Positions 63,867 through 64,000 of a DNA stretch of 64,000 bases are shown one piece after another; within the stretch, counting starts at the first letter, position 1, and each line of letters begins with the position of its first letter. The stretch comes from Asterias rubens. Its lineage: Eukaryota. The notes beneath the pieces are model-generated. The model had not been told where the DNA came from, made no database searches, and was given only the letters and a program-made list of their open reading frames with translations. The stretch is taken from positions 19,840,001 through 19,904,000 of the forward strand of contig NC_047067.1 of NCBI RefSeq assembly GCF_902459465.1. The letters run 5' to 3'. The position numbers and the translations under genes were made by a program.

Positions 63867-64000
63867 GCATTTTTTTCTTTTTGTGTTAGCTTGTTTCGTT
63901 TCTAAGTTCTCTTTAGCAGGTGTATAAACATGGATTAAAATAGCTTGAAATGAGTTTTACTGAAATGGGTCAACATTCCAGGCCACGACAGATTCCGAGG

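Overview
Eukaryotic, AT-rich, repeat-dense genomic DNA from an invertebrate deuterostome. The repeat families resemble my recollection of sea star (asteroid) genomes, which I cannot verify here. The only protein-coding gene I can support is a D-type cyclin on the minus strand, with four coding exons: join(12142..11927, 9522..9307, 6568..6409, 1071..941). All splice sites are GT-AG, and intron positions and phases match vertebrate CCND1. The last coding exon lies outside the window (<1). The ~52 kb upstream has no recognisable gene. It has a CpG-rich, motif-dense block around and upstream of the promoter (~9.6-28.8 kb), then a strongly CpG-depleted block full of MITEs, tRNA-derived SINEs and LINE scraps. 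The most interesting signals are: (i) three decayed copies of a hammerhead-ribozyme-like motif of Penelope-like type, whose private lesions complement each other; (ii) a possible 5'-UTR intron, uORF and alternative promoter arrangement for cyclin D; (iii) a young TAG..CTA fold-back element with a 9-bp TSD in intron 2; (iv) a tRNA-like core enclosed by inverted repeats; (v) clusters of E2F, CRE and CCAAT motifs. No prokaryotic features, CRISPR arrays, rRNA or intact tRNA genes were found.
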